Positions 48,990-63,270 of a DNA stretch of 64,000 nt are shown piece by piece (position 1 is the first letter of the stretch; each line of letters opens with the position of its first letter). This DNA comes from Ginglymostoma cirratum. Taxonomy: Eukaryota. The notes beneath the pieces were generated by a model. The model made no database searches, was not told the DNA's origin, and saw only the letters and a list, made by a program, of their open reading frames with translations. The position numbers were made by a program, and so were the translations under genes. Where the stretch lies: the NCBI GenBank assembly GCA_024137785.1, contig JAHRHZ010000115.1, positions 418,668-482,667 on the forward strand. The letters are read 5' to 3'.

Positions 48990-50750
48990 TAGCAACTCTT
49001 GCCTCCACTTTGCAGGCTTTTCCCTACCAGCACTGATTCCATTACTATTTCAGTATCTGTCTATTTCACCCTTGAAAATACTTAGGGTCCCAACCTCGAC
49101 AGTCGTCTCTGGTAAATAATTCTGCAGATTCACTGCATCCTGGGTGAAGAAATTCTCTTCTACCTGAAACGTATGACCTCTATTTCAGAGACTATACGCT
49201 TTGCTCTTATACTCTCTAAACAAGGGGAAACAGCATTTCTGCATTTCACCTATCAAGTTCTATCAAAATAATCCATGTTTCAAATATGTCACCACTCAAT
49301 ATTCGATATTCCAATGACTACAAGCCCAGATTACTCAAACTCGACTGAAAAGACAGTCCCGCAATCCTTGGGACAGGCCGACTGAACCTCAAATATTGTC
49401 TCATTTCCAGTGGAATTGGCCTTCTGTAAAAGGCCCAGAACAGTAAACAGTATCCAGTTGTTGTGTGACTAATGATTGTATAGTTTTAACAAAACTTATA
49501 GATTTATGGCGTCGTATCTCATAGAAAAATAATCCTTCAGTCCAACTGATCCGTGCCGACCAGGCATCAACTGGTCTGGCGCCATTTGCCTGCAGTTGGA
49601 TCATATTCCTCTAAATACTTCGTGTTCGTTTCCCATTTACATGGCTTTTAAATGTTGCAATTGTACCCACTGCCACTGCTTCCGCTGGCAACTTATTTCA
49701 TACATGCACCACCCTCTCCGTGAAAAGGTTGCCTCTCATGTCCTTTTAACACCGACACTCTCTCACCGTAATCCTGTGACTTCCAGTTTATGACTCCCTA
49801 CCCTAGGAAAAAAAATCTTGTTTATTCAACAGATTAATGCACCTCTTGATTTTATAAATCTCAATAATATCACCCCTCATCCTCCGACGCTGCAAGGAGA
49901 AAAAACACCAGCCTATTCAGCTCCAGTCAAAAGCTCAAGCCCTCCACTCCCTTCGTCATCATCATAAACCATTCCTCCAAAATCTAAAGTTTAAAGAAAC
50001 CTTTTCTGCAGAAAGGTGACAAGAATTGCGCACAGTATTCAAAAAGTGACCGAACGAATGTCCTATATAGTCGCAACGTGACATCACCACTTCATTACCG
50101 AAAGTTATGACCAATGAAGGCAAGCATGCAAAATACTTCTTCACCACCCTCTCGACCTATGATTCCAATTTCAAGGATGTATGCATCAACACCCCTACGT
50201 CTCTTCATTCCGCAACAATCCCCAGGACCCAACCATTAACTTGATCGGCTCTGCCCTTGTCTACCCTACCAAAATGCGAGAGCTTCACATTTATCTGAAT
50301 TAAATTCTATCTGCTACTGAGAGTCATACAGCAGGGAAGCAGACTCGACGGTCCAAACAGTCTCTGCCGACCATCATACCAAACTGAACCTATTCCACAT
50401 GCCCGGGCTTCGCCCATATCCCCCCAAACATTTCTTCTTCATGTACTTATCCAAATATGTTTTAAACGTTGTAACTGTATCCACATCCATTATTTCCACT
50501 GAAAGTTCATTCCACACATGAACCACTCTTTGTATAAAGAAAATTACTCTTCATGTCCTTTCTAAATCCTTGTCCTCACTTAAAAATAAAATGCCACAAG
50601 GCTTGAAGTTGCCCAGTATAAGGAAAAAAACACTTACTATTCGTCTTATATGTACCCTTCATGATTTCCACTCAACCTCTTATGCCCCTGTGATAAAAGC
50701 CTCAGTCTATTCTTCCCCTCCCAATAGCTCAAACCCTCCAGTCCCGGAAC
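48990..50750 (-). mobile_element. Three stacked CR1 3' fragments
   Basis: Repeated reverse CR1 tails at about 49000, 49520 and 50320. ORF 49962-50147 (VKKYFACLPSL). Confidence 0.75.
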
Positions 50751-50754
50751 ATTA

Positions 50755-52580
50755 GGCAACTTTGGAAAACAGGGTTAAGGAGAATCCAAAGGGATTCTAA
50801 AAATACATTAAAGACAACAAGGTAACTAGGAAGAGAATGGGGCCCCTTAAAGATCAGCAAGGCTGTCAATGGATGGAACTGCAGGATTTCGATGAGATAC
50901 TATACAAGTATTTTGCATCAGTGCTTTCTGTGGAGAATGACTTGGAGGCTGGAGAACTTGTGAAAATATATAACGATATCTTGAATAGCGATCATAGTAA
51001 AATGATCATCTGGACATCTTAAATGCATAAAGATGGATAAATCCCCTGGACCTGATCAGGTGTATCCTAGAATTTTGGGGGAAGCTAGGGAAGTGATTGC
51101 TGGGCTCCTTGCTGAAATATGTGAATCATCGATAGCCACAGGTGAGGTGTCACAAGACTGGAGATTGGCTGAAGTGGCGCCACTCTTGTAGAAATTTGGC
51201 AAGGAAAGGCCAGGGAACTATAAACTTCTGAGCCTGACAGCAGTGGTGACCAAATTTCTGGACGGGATTCTGAGGGACAGGACTTACACGTATTTGGAAA
51301 AGCAATGACTGTTAGGAATACTCAGCATGGCTTTGTGCGTGACAAATCATGTCTTACAAACTTGATTGAGTTTTTTGAAGAAATCACGAAGTGTATTGAC
51401 GAAGGCAGAGCGGTGGATGTGGTCTTCTGTAAGGCATTCTACATGGTTCTGCATGGTAGATTGGTTAACAAGGTTAGGTCTCGTGGAATGCAGAAACAAC
51501 TAACCATATGGATACATAACTGGCTCGAAGAGGGTGTTGGCGGAGGGTGGCGTTTCAGACTGAAGATCTTTGACCATTAGTGTACTGCAAGGATCGGTGC
51601 TGGGTCCATTGTTTTTTGTCATTTATGTCAACAATTTGGATGTGAATATAGGAGGTATGGTTAGTAAGGTTGCAGATGACTCCAAAATTGCCGGTATGGT
51701 GGACAGAGAAGAAAGTTACCTCAGAGTACAACGAGATCTTTATCTGTTGGACAGATGGGCTGATGCACCGAGGAGTGACAGAAAGAGTTTAATTCAGATA
51801 AATGTGTGCTGTTGTATTTTGGTTGGACAAATCAGGGCGGGATTTACACACTTAATGGTAATGTCCTGGGAAGTGTTGACAAACAAAGAGACCTTGGAGT
51901 GCAGGTTCATAATTCCTTAAAAGTAGAGTTGCATGTGACAGACGAGTGAAGAAGACGTTTGGTAGGCTTGTCTTTACTGGTCAGTGCATTGAGTATAGGA
52001 GTTGACAGGTCATGTTGCAGCTGTACAGGACATTGACTAGGCCACTTTTGGAAAACTGTCTTCAATTCTGGTGTCCCTGCTGTCGGAAAGATATTTGAAA
52101 CTTGAAATGGTTCAGCAAAAATTTGCATGTATGTTGCTAGAGTTGGAGGATTCGAACTACAACGAAAGGCCGAATAGGCTGTGACTATTTTCCCTGGAAT
52201 TTTGGAGGCTGAGGGATGACCTTACAGCCGTTTATAAAATCATGAGGAGCATGGATAGAATGGACAGTCAAGGTCTTTACTCCAAGTAAGAGGAGTCCAA
52301 ACCTCGAGGACATAGGTTTAAGATGAAAGAGGAAAGATTTAAAAGGGACCTACGGGGTAATATTTCCATGCTGAGGGTGGTGCATATAGCTGCCACAGGA
52401 AGTTGTGGAGGACAGTACAATTACAACATTTAAAAGTCATCTGGATTGGTAAATGACGAGGTAAGTTTGAGAGGCATTTGTGCTAAATACTGGCATATGA
52501 GAATAGAATAATTTAGGATATGTCAAAGGCATGGATGAATTGGACTAAAGGGTCACTTTCCGTGCTGTACATCTTTATAA
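50755..52580 (+). mobile_element. CR1 LINE, 5'-truncated, RT domain with stops and frameshifts
   Basis: QHGFVRDKSCLTNLIEFFEE, QGSVLGPLFFVIYVNNLD and KVADDSK motifs. 3' tail at about 52560. Confidence 0.92.
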
Positions 52581-52582
52581 CC

Positions 52583-53790
52583 CTCCAGCCTCTCCCTATA
52601 ACTCAAACCTTCCATGCCCGCAACATTCCAATATTTTTAAAGTGAACGCTCTCTGGCTTGGTAATATACTTAATATACGAGGGCGACAAAACTCGGACAC
52701 AGTACTGCCGAAGAATCCTCACCAACGTACTGGAGAACTTCAACATGACTTCCCAACTCTGATCCTCAACTGTCTGAGCACTGAAGGCAAGAGTGCTAAC
52801 TTCAAAGAATTATGTGCCTGAATTCCGAGGTCTCTCTGTAATACAACACAACCCACAGTCCTACTTTTAATTCTGTAGGACCTGTCGTTTATAGTTTTAT
52901 CAAAATGCATTACCTCACAATTATCCAACTTAACGTCCATCTTCTATTTGTCAGCCCATTGAACCAATCAAGCAAGACCGCTTCGTAACCTTAGATATCC
53001 TTCTTCGGTATCACCCGCCAACCTACTCAACATGCCTTCGATATTCTCATCTAAGTCTATTATATAAATGATGAGCAAAAGGGGACTCAGCACCGATCCT
53101 TGTGGCACGGTACTGGTAACAGACCTCCAGTCAAAAAAAAACCTCAACCACCATCGTTGTCTTCTGGCATGAACTGAATTTTGTATCCAATGGGCAAGCT
53201 CACGCTAAATCCCACTTGATCAAACGTTATTAAATAGGCTACCACACAGAAACTTGTCAAAGGCTTTACAGAAGTGCCATTCAACAACATCAATTCAGTA
53301 AGGACAATGTGACCATCCCAGCTCAAACTATCCTCGAGGCCAGGTTTTCAACCCGTAACGCAATTAACTACGATATGGAGTTCGACCCCATGAAACAAAC
53401 CCATGCAGAACAGAACCGGAAATGACACATCCCAACGTATCAGACGGTTTCATATAAATACCAAGTGGAGTTGAACAACATCGCTTCATCAGAGGCTGCA
53501 CTGATGGTGTTACATAGAACTATGACGAAATGCCTGTACAATAACCAGCCAGCTCGGCGGGCAAGCCAACAACCTCATTCACAACCCCAGCTACACATAT
53601 TCGCAAGAACCTTAAACAACGCCTACCACTCTATCATGATCGATCTTTTTGATCACTTCTTCAAAAAAAAAGGCAATCACGTTTGTGACAAACGATTTCC
53701 CACACAGAAAGCTAATCAGTCCTTGCCTTCCTAAATGCATGAAAATCCTATCATTCAGAAATCCCCTCAAATAACTTGCCTACCGCTGAT
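52583..53790 (-). mobile_element. CR1 RT fragment containing a nested Penelope insert
   Basis: Reverse RT core (VPQGSVL at about 53090-53110) that continues at 53615-53790. Confidence 0.75.
53289..53614 (+). mobile_element. Third Penelope-like family 3' end
   Basis: Translates HQFSKDNVTIPAQ..LEARFSTRNAINYDMEFDP, resembling a GIY-YIG C-terminus. Flanked by AACAAC direct repeats (53283-53288 and 53615-53620). Confidence 0.55.
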
Positions 53791-55735
53791 TGTAGAGCTG
53801 GATGAACACAGCTGGCTAAGCAGCATCAGAGGAGCAAGAAGGCTGACGTTTCGGGCCTCGACCCTTGTTCAGAAATGGGGTAGGGGAAGGAGATTCTGAA
53901 ATAAATAGGGAGGGAGGGGGAGGCGGATAGAAGATGGATAGAGGAGAAGCTAGGTGGAGAAGCGACAGAACGGTCAAAGAGGCGGGGATAGAGCCAGTAA
54001 AGGTGAGTGTAAGTGGGGAGGTAGGGAGGAGATAGGTCAGTCCAGGGAGGACGGACAGGTCAAGGGTGCGGGATGAGGTTAGCAGGTAGAAGATGGGGGT
54101 GGGGCATGAGGTGGGAGGAGGGGATACGTGGAAGTAAGAACAGGTTAGGGAGGCAGGGACGAGCTGGGCTGGTTTTGGGATTCGATAGTGGGAGGGGAGA
54201 TTTTGAAGCTTGTGAAGTCCATATTGATATCATTGGGCTGCAGGGTTCCCAAGTGGAATATGAGTTGCTGTTCCTGCAACCTTCGGGTAGCATCGTTGTG
54301 ACACTGCAGGAGGCCCAGGATGGACATGTCGTCTGCGGAATGGGAGGGGGAGTTGAAATGGTTCGCGACTGGGAGGTACAGTTGTATAGTGCGAACCGAG
54401 CATAGGTGTTCTGCAAAGCGGTCCCCAAGCATCTGCTTGGTTTCCCCGATGTAGAGAAGACCACAATGGGAACAGCGAGTACAGTGTACCACTTTAGCAG
54501 ATGTGCAGGTGAACGTCTGATTGATGTGGAAAGTCCTCTTGGAGCCTGGGATGGGGGTGAGGTGGGAGGTGTAGTGGCAGATGTAGCACTTCCTGCAGTT
54601 GCAGGGAAAAGTGCCGGGTGAGGTTGCGGCTGGAGTGGAGTGTGGAGCGGACAACGGAGACATGGAGAGAGTTGTCCCTCCATAAAGCAGATAAGGGTGG
54701 GTAGGGAAAAATGTCTTTAGTGATGGGGTAGGATTGCAGGTGGCGGAAGTGTTGGAGGATGATACATTGAATCCGGAGGTTGGTGGGGTGGTACGTGAGG
54801 ACGAGAGGGATTCTGTTTTGGTTATTATTGTGGGGAGGGGTTGTGAGGGATGAGTTGCGGGAAATGTGAGAGACACCGTTAAGGGCATTCTCGAACAATG
54901 AGGGAGGGAATTTGCAGTCCTTGCAAAACGAGGATATATGAGATGTACAGGAGTGGACTGCTTCATCCTGGGAGCAGATGCGGTGGGGGCGAAGGAATTG
55001 GAAGTAGGGTATGGCATTTTTGCAAGAAGGTTGGGGGGAGGAGGTGTATTCTAGTTAGCTGTGGGAGTCGGTGGGCTTGAAACGGATATCGGTTTCTAGG
55101 TGGTTGCTGGCGATAGAGACAGAGAGGTCCAGGAAGGAGAGAGAGGTATTAAAGATCGTCCAGGTGAACTTAAGGTTGGGGTGGAAGTGTTGTTGAAGTG
55201 GATGAACTGTTCGAGCTCCTCGTGGGAGCACGAGGCGGCACTGATACAGTCAGCAATGTAACGGAGGAAGGTGTAGGGTTTAGGGCCAGTGTAGGTACAG
55301 AAGAGGGATTGTTCCACGTAACATACAAAGAAGCAGGCACAGCTTGGGCCCATGCGGGTACCCATGGCCACCCTCTTTGTCTGTAGGAAGTGGCAGGAAT
55401 TGAAAGAGAAGTTGTTGAGTGTGATGACAAGTTCGGCTAAGCCAATGAGTGTGTCAGTGGAGGGAGACTGGTCGGGTCGACCCAATGTCTCCACCTGCTC
55501 CTTTCCCACTGAAGTTATCTCCAACTATCTGCACTCCATTTTCTCCCCCTTGTTCCAGGAACTCCCTTCCTACGTCGGTGACACCACCCACGCCCTCCTG
55601 CTCCTCCAGAAATTCCAATTCGCCGGTCCCCAACACCTCATTTTTATCATGGATGGCCAGTCCCTATACACCTGCATTCACCACACAGATGGCCTAAATA
55701 CCCTCCGCTTCTTCCTGTCCCGCAGGACCGACCAC
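53791..55735 (-). mobile_element. Penelope-like retroelement (RT + GIY-YIG), disrupted, with 5' inversion
   Basis: RT: LAELVITLNNFSFN...AMGTRMGPS...FLRYIADC. Endonuclease: CGLLYIGETKQMLGDRFAEHL. The upstream RT part (55474-55735) is on the + strand. Confidence 0.92.
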
Positions 55736-55739
55736 ACAT

Positions 55740-56830
55740 CCTGTCTATATCCTTCTGCAAACTTTTTCTGTCATATTCACCACTTGCGTTCTCTCCTTTA
55801 TTTTTGTGTCATTTGCAAATTCGCCGACAGGACATTCACATTTCTCGTCTAAGTCACCAATGTATATTGCAAATATTTGTGCACCCAGCACTGATTCTTG
55901 TGATACTTCGTTAGTTACAGGCTGAAGTCCCTTCGTGCTAATATACCACTTCTGAAGATATGGGCCCTTATCTTATGAAGTATTCTTCTGTGTGGTACCT
56001 CATCAAACAGCTTCAGAAATCGAAATATTTTACAATCACTGCCACCTTCTTATTTTGCATTTTACGATCTCAAAGAATTCTACTGTATTTATCAGGCACG
56101 ATTTCCCTTTTTCAAAGTCATACTCAGTCCTCTTCACCTTGTTACATCAATTATGATAGACTCCACCATTTTCCCAACAAACGATGTTAAACTAAATGGC
56201 CTCAGCCACCTTTTTTATGTATCTTCCAGTTATGAATAAAGGTGTTACCTTGTCAGTTTCCCAGTCTTCTGGGACTTTTCCTAAATCTAATGATTATTGG
56301 AAAGTTACGACCAATGCATCTAACACTTTTATCGTCACTTATTTTTCTATTCTCGATTGCATCTCATTAGTTCCAATGCATTTCGTAGTATTTTGTCCAA
56401 TTAATTTCCCTGGCACATTTTTCCCAGTGTAAGTTATTATATTATATCACTCGCCTTCCCTCCCATCCGACCCCATCATTATTTAGTTGTTTTGGAATGT
56501 TACCTGACTTCAGCTCGAAAGAACGATGCCGATTATTTATTCGATATGTCTGTCAATTAATGATTCCCAGTCATTAATTCCCTAGCTTCACTCAAAAGAG
56601 ACATGTGTTGACTTTGACATTTCTTTTCCTGTCATCATTTATTCAACCTGCCTCATTGAACGTTACCAGATCCAATATATCTAGATCCCTTGATTGGATC
56701 CACAACGTATTGTTCAAGGAAACTATCCCAAATAGACTGTATGAATTCTTCATGACTAGCTTGGTAAATCTGACTTTCTCAATTGATGTAACGATTGAAT
56801 TTGCTGACGATTAATATACTACCTTTTTCA
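55740..56830 (-). mobile_element. Old CR1 remnant
   Basis: Decayed reverse RT core and linker motifs. Confidence 0.55.
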
Positions 56831-56929
56831 CACCTCATCGTCTTCTGAGTATTCTCTGTCCCACTTTATAAATATCTCCAGACCCCTATACATTTTTCCA
56901 TCACCATCTTCTTTGAACATCTCCGTTAT

Positions 56930-57510
56930 GCTCGCAAAAAAGACCTTCAACTATCTGTTGCCTGCGACTTTAACGCACCACCGTGCTCCCTGGCCAACAT
57001 CTCTGTCTCTGGCTTTCTGCAGTGTTCCAGCGAATCCCAATGCAAGCTGGAGGAATAACACCTCATTTTCCACTTGTAGACACTACAGTTCAATATTGAA
57101 TTCAATAGTTTTAGGGCCTAAACTCTCTCATGTCCAAGCCACGTACCCCACATACCAGACCTTGTTACCACATAGCCTTCCATTACACACGCCCTATTGT
57201 TAGTCACCAACAGCCCCCATGAACAACTATTCATCCTCCTAGCCTGATCGTTAGAAACTCCTTTGTCTGTCCAACTGTCTTTCTCTCTCTGTAGGTTCTA
57301 TACTATCGTTTACTCCCTAACCCACTCACCTTCCTATTTTCTGCAAATAAACTGACGGTTTCCAAGCCACCATCAATTCTGAGAAGGGTCACGGGACCCG
57401 AAATGTTAACTCTGATTTCTCCTCCACAGAGGCTGCCAGACCTGCTGAGTTTTTCCAGTAACTTTGTATATGTTCCAGATTTACAGTACCCACAGTTCTT
57501 TTGGTTTTTA
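56930..57510 (+). mobile_element. Penelope-like element 3' end (family B)
   Basis: Reverse-complement homolog of 46458-47050. Confidence 0.8.
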
Positions 57511-59429
57511 CCATCTTCTTTCCTTTTGTTCAGCACCACTAATATGGATTCGACATCTACAGATGATAAAGGAGCTGTTTCAGTATTAACTGAGCTGATG
57601 CCTGCTTTATGTCATGTTTCCCAGCAATATTTAGAGTTGTTATGCTGCAGTGGTCGTGGCTCGAATAAGAAAATGGGAGTAAAGTCTCAACTGTTGAGCA
57701 GTGTGTCATAACAGGTCTGAATATGTAGTTTGAAGAATCTACTATCAGTCCTCACTTCCATCTGCTGGCGAAGCACAACCATTGCATCCACTGTGCAGAT
57801 GCCAACAACAGTTTACTGATGTTCATCAATGGAGAAAGCAATTCCTCTGCTGTTGTAACTCATCTCCTTCTGCTGGCAGGCCCAGATTTTATGAAGCAAC
57901 GAACTGAAAATGGACAATACTAATTAGCACCAGATCAATGGCAACTTTTGAGCAAACTGTGTCTATTCCTGTTCATGGATTTTTTCTCATTTCTTTTCAG
58001 AGGCAATTCCCCAGAGAAAAGTGTGGCCATAATCAGATCTTTTGTATTTACCTCAAATTATCGCTTCATCACTCCACCTCCAAGATAATGTGGAGACATG
58101 ATCTCTGATATTTGAAAGACACAGTCTCCTAGGAGTCAAAATGTCTGTTTGAAGTGTTGTTTTGCTTATTGTTAACACAAGATGCTATTTTGTTCTGTGC
58201 CTGTTTGCGCGTGTGTGTCTCTATTTCAGTATACGTGTATATATCTGCCTGTGTACCTATTTTTGTGTCCGTGGCCGTGTGAGGCAAATCACATTTTTTG
58301 CAAGACAGTTTCTTTCTCAGAGTCATCAGCCTGCTCCAATCGATGGAAAGTGCTCAAATGCATTTCAGATTGCATATCTTCATGGAATGTAACTGTTCAG
58401 TTTGCCGATGAGACCGATTTTTAAAAAAGCAATTTCTATGAACAATAGTTCCTGCAATTCTACGTACTGTCATTATGTTATTTTCTTCAGTTTTGGCGTC
58501 TAAAGGTACAGTTCATGTCAAACCAATCGAAATAGTATCATTTCTCTCAATCACTGGAGACTCGCTCCGATGTATAGTCGATGGGCAAGGCATTTACATC
58601 ATTCTTGAGCATTCTGGAAGTGGACCCTTTGGCACATCACCAATTACATGGCTTTAGGAATATCTTTATGCAGAAAGTCAATTCGCAAGTCACATGCTTC
58701 TAATCTGTCGACATGCTTGAACAATACTTGTTTGACGATTTCGGAACTCTCCATTTCAGAGGGCGGTCGAATTCGAGAATTTGTTACATCACCTCGAAAA
58801 AGCAACATTCCAACTGGAATAGCCTGGTCCGCATTTCAATTAAAGCCAATAGCTTGGCATGTTCCCATGCAGCAGCATAAAATGAAACAAGATGCCTTTT
58901 CACTCATCCATCTAGACCTTCCTGGTAGAGAAAAATCCTTGCAAGTGCTTCTTAGCCTCTTAGGTTTTATCAGTTTGTCCAGGCTGCAACGAAGAAACTG
59001 ATTGTTGTGGTGACCTTGACGTCAACACCACAACAACTCTGCTGTTGGAATTGTGAAACAAAACGCAATAATTTAACGGTCATTCAAGAACATCAGAATA
59101 ATTCATCGTCCTTGTGGATGAACCATCTTACGTTCGAAATAAATGAAATGAAGGTTGCTGTTATGCGAATCATTAAAGATTAGGAGAACATTTACAGATT
59201 GTAAAGCAACAACCAATTTGGACTGTTGAAAAGGTATGTTTTCTTATTGAAAAATCCATTCATTTGCAAGCTGGCAATTTCTGGAGAATGCTGATGATCG
59301 TGCTACTATCATAATTTAAGACGGTAGATTGAAACTACCACTGGCATAAATCAAATTTTACATGTATTAATGCCAACAAAAGTGAGAAATGTTGTTTTCT
59401 TGTAATAAGGACTGTGGGATAATTATGTA

Positions 59430-60110
59430 TGCCATAGAGCTCAACAGCACAGAAAAAGTCTTTTCAGCCCATCATGTCGATGCCGATCAAAACAGCCACC
59501 AAACTATTCTAATCCCATTTTCCAGTGCTTGGACTGTAACCTTGCATTACTTGGCATTGGAAGTTTATATCTAAATGGCTCTTAAGTGTTTTGCTTCTGC
59601 CATCTTTATAGGTAATAAAATGCAAATTCCCACTATCTTCTATGTGAAAAGTAAATGGAAAACATGTTTCCCTCTCAACCTTCCGCCTCTTACCTTCAAT
59701 CTGTATCATCTGGTCAATATTGTTCCTTCCATTGAACGGAACGTTGCTTTGTGTCTATTATGTCGATGCTCCTCGTAACTTTGGACATCTCAATAATGTC
59801 CCCGCTCATTCGCCTCTGCTCTGCAGAAAAAAAAATCAAGGCTATCCAATCTCTCTTCACAACTGAAAATCTCCAGAAATTGCAACATTATGATAAATCT
59901 CCTTTGCACCCTTTCAAATGGAATCGCATCCTTCCTCTAATTCGGATTCCAGAACTACACACAATGCTCTAACTGTGACCAGAACAGCATATCAAACAGT
60001 TCCCGCATAGCCTACCTCCTTTTAAATCCTAAATCTTACTTAATAACGGCACGTATCCCATATACCTGATGAACCATTTCGTCCACCTGTCCTGCAACCT
60101 TAATGAAACT
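59430..60110 (-). mobile_element. CR1 3' fragment
   Basis: Reverse CR1 tail (GYSPSTGKWD) and ORF2 C-terminus. Confidence 0.7.
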
Positions 60111-62469
60111 TTCCATATGTGACAATCTGGCATCGCTCAGTCAGCGAGCAAATGAATGCAAGGACTGTTGTTAAAATCACTCAGTGGAGCCACACTGAGG
60201 AGAAGAGTCTAACAATTTTCCCCAATCCTTCCTTGTTCCCATAGATTTACCCAATAGATGGAAATGCGAAATTAATGGAAATGGGTAATCAAAGGGATTC
60301 GATGCTCCACCTGGTGACAGACTGCAACCTGAATTCAGCACTTTCAGGGAGATGCTAGAGTGGGAATGTTTAATTTGCAATCTAGAATCACAGACTAATG
60401 CCATGAAACAACAGTTTCTGGGGCAGCTGATGGAATTTCAGAAATAAAAATAACAGCAGTTTAAAACTACATCCTTTCGAAGTCTAAATCATTTGGAGTT
60501 CAAAATCCTGTAGTAAAGCGTGAGCACAGCAGTGCATGCCAGAAGGGTAATGAGGGAGTGATGGTCCCTTAGATCAGAGATAAAGAACCCTCTGCGCCTC
60601 AAGTGTATGCTGGTGAGCCCATGTCACAATTTTGACAAAGCAACAGTGTCCTGTGGTCTCCTCTTTCATGGGAACTGACAATGGCCTAGTGGGAATTTTT
60701 GTACATTTTCCAACATTACAATAACGAATGCACTTCAAAAGAAAAACACTTCGCGGTTCCAATGGTGCTGACTGGCTCTGTCTGAATGGGAGTGTATTCT
60801 TTTTTCAGAATCTACGTCCATGGTTATTGGACTCAGTTTGTGTTCCAATTTCCTTTGCGAATTTAGTGAATGCTTGCAAATGAATGGAAACAAGTAAACT
60901 CAGGAGTGACACGATGATTCTTATTCCACATAACTGATAATTGACAGGACTTAATGGAGTGGTGTTTCATAGGGCCGAGTTGGGTGCCATGCTACTCGCG
61001 GTATTCATTGTTGATGTTGACTTTAACATGGTGGGGTGGGGGGTGGCGCTGGGGTGGTAATGATTGGGAAACTTGGAAATAACCCAAATTTGACCGGGCA
61101 GTTGGCAATGAAGAGAATGGCTGCAGACTTCAAGTAGAGAGCAATGCTTTGAATGAATGAGCTCAGAAGTGACAAGTGAACGTCAAACTGAAGAATTGCA
61201 ATGTCATGCATTTGGGGTGGGCAATCAAAGCAATACGATGCACAACACAAGGAAGGATACTGGGAGATATAGAAGAAATGAGAGACGTTGGAATGAGTGA
61301 AGACATGGCACTCAATTGGCAGGATAGATGGACAACTTAGAAAAGACAATATATGAATCGCTTCGCTTCAGATTCGGATTTGAGGGCTCAAGTCCGTTTG
61401 TGATCGTTAAAATCTTGTCAACATAACGCCCAACATCTTGGGAGGCGGTCAGTGCGGAGCTGCAGATGGATGTGTGTGGCATCATTGGAAGAATAAAAGG
61501 TCATTAAATGGCAAATGGCCGAGAAAAAGGTTTTGGCTAGGCTCATCCACATCTCCTTCTGTTTGTTTTTTTCAGGCAGTTCGTGAGTACAGAGATATCG
61601 GGAGGAGAATGACTAGCCACTCTGTGCAGGAATAGATATTACTAACAGAGATGAAAAGCGATGCTCTCGTCCCTTAAACCTACCTGACTAGTGTTTTAAT
61701 TCGATCAATTCCATGATTTGCTTGACAAAGTCTATCAGCCCTGCAGAGAACAGTAATGAGCTTTGTTCTCATTAGGAATAATGTACGTTGTGTTTCACGT
61801 CATTTGGAGTTCATATGACAAGCAGAAGGATGTCTTTTTCTCCGATGCTTTTTATTTACAGGAAATGAACACTCGCTGCCAGAATCAGAACCTCTGCAGC
61901 ATTCCTTCAACACCGAAGATAAGAAATAGATCCCTGAGGGCAAGTGTCAAATAATTTCAATCATAACAACTATCCCAGCGATAGTTCACTAAAATTGTTG
62001 CGTGTTTTGTGAATATGAGTAACCTCATGTCAAACAGGTCAGCACAGGCACACTCGAAGCATTCATTCCCACTCCAAAGACTGTAGGAAAATGAGATAAG
62101 ATTTAACTTCAGATTGCTAACATGCATCTGGAGGCATCAGCATGACAGTGCAAACAGTGTGGGAACATCAGGCATAGCTTAGATCACTGCGTGGGCATGA
62201 TAGAGTCCATTAGACAAAGTGAAGTTACGAGTCTGGCTAGAGAGAGGGGATTATGAACGTGGGCTAATGCCGCTTTTTCCAGCAACTGTCACATTCCAAG
62301 AATCTTTAATTTGAACAATCATCTGGTCAATTGGAAGTTCAATGCAACACTATAGCTCAGTAAAACACATTTGATCCAAATGTTAAAACTTGGCGTAAGC
62401 CTGGAAAATGGAATGTAACTGGACGTTAATCCGGAGTAATGCAATCATAAAGTACGGAGGAGGCTCCTG

Positions 62470-63270
62470 TTGAGTCTCTACAGCTAAAACTACGCTAAAA
62501 CTACATTGGGCCCATTTTACAGGACTAGACCTATAGACTTCAAGGTTATTTCAAGTGCTCATCGAGTAGCTTATGAAGTTTGTGTACTTTCCTGAGAGAA
62601 CTACCCTCCCATCAGTTTCAGAACAACCCCTACCTTCTAGGTGGAAAAAATTCTTCAAATAGCCTCTAAACCATCTGACTTCCACCTTAAAATGTGCTTC
62701 TTGGATATCGAACTTCAACTATAGGAAACAGCTGTTTTCTCTCCGCAGGTATATGCCTCTGATAACGTTACACACTTCTATCAGGTCACCTCCACCTTCG
62801 AGCTCTGATCTTTAAAAAAAAAACAACCCGAGCTTATGGAGACTCTTTACATCTCAAAAGCATCTTAACCCGGCAACATCGTGGTGAATCTTATCTGCAC
62901 CGCGCCCCGTGCCTTTATATCTTTCATGTCGTGTGGTAACAAGAATTGCACACAGTATTCCAGCTGTTGCCTAGCAAAAGTCAAGGCATCTCCAAAATAA
63001 CCCCGCTGACCTTGTCAGATAAGCCATGACTGAGTAAGGCAAGTGCCTGTAAGATTTTTTAACTGCTCGATTTACCAGCCCTGCCACCTTCAATGCTTGT
63101 CGGCAAGCAGGCCAAGGTTTTTCTTTCCCCGATCTTCCTAGTGCAATACTATTCATGAGATTTCTCTTACAATGTTACTTCCTTCACAATGTATTACTTC
63201 ATACTTATCAGGGGTCAATGTCATCTATCTCTGATGTCCCCTCTGACCACTCCCTTTATATCTTCCTATT
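62470..63270 (-). mobile_element. CR1 3' fragment
   Basis: ORF 62971-63156 (LKVAGLVNRAVKKSY). Confidence 0.7.
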
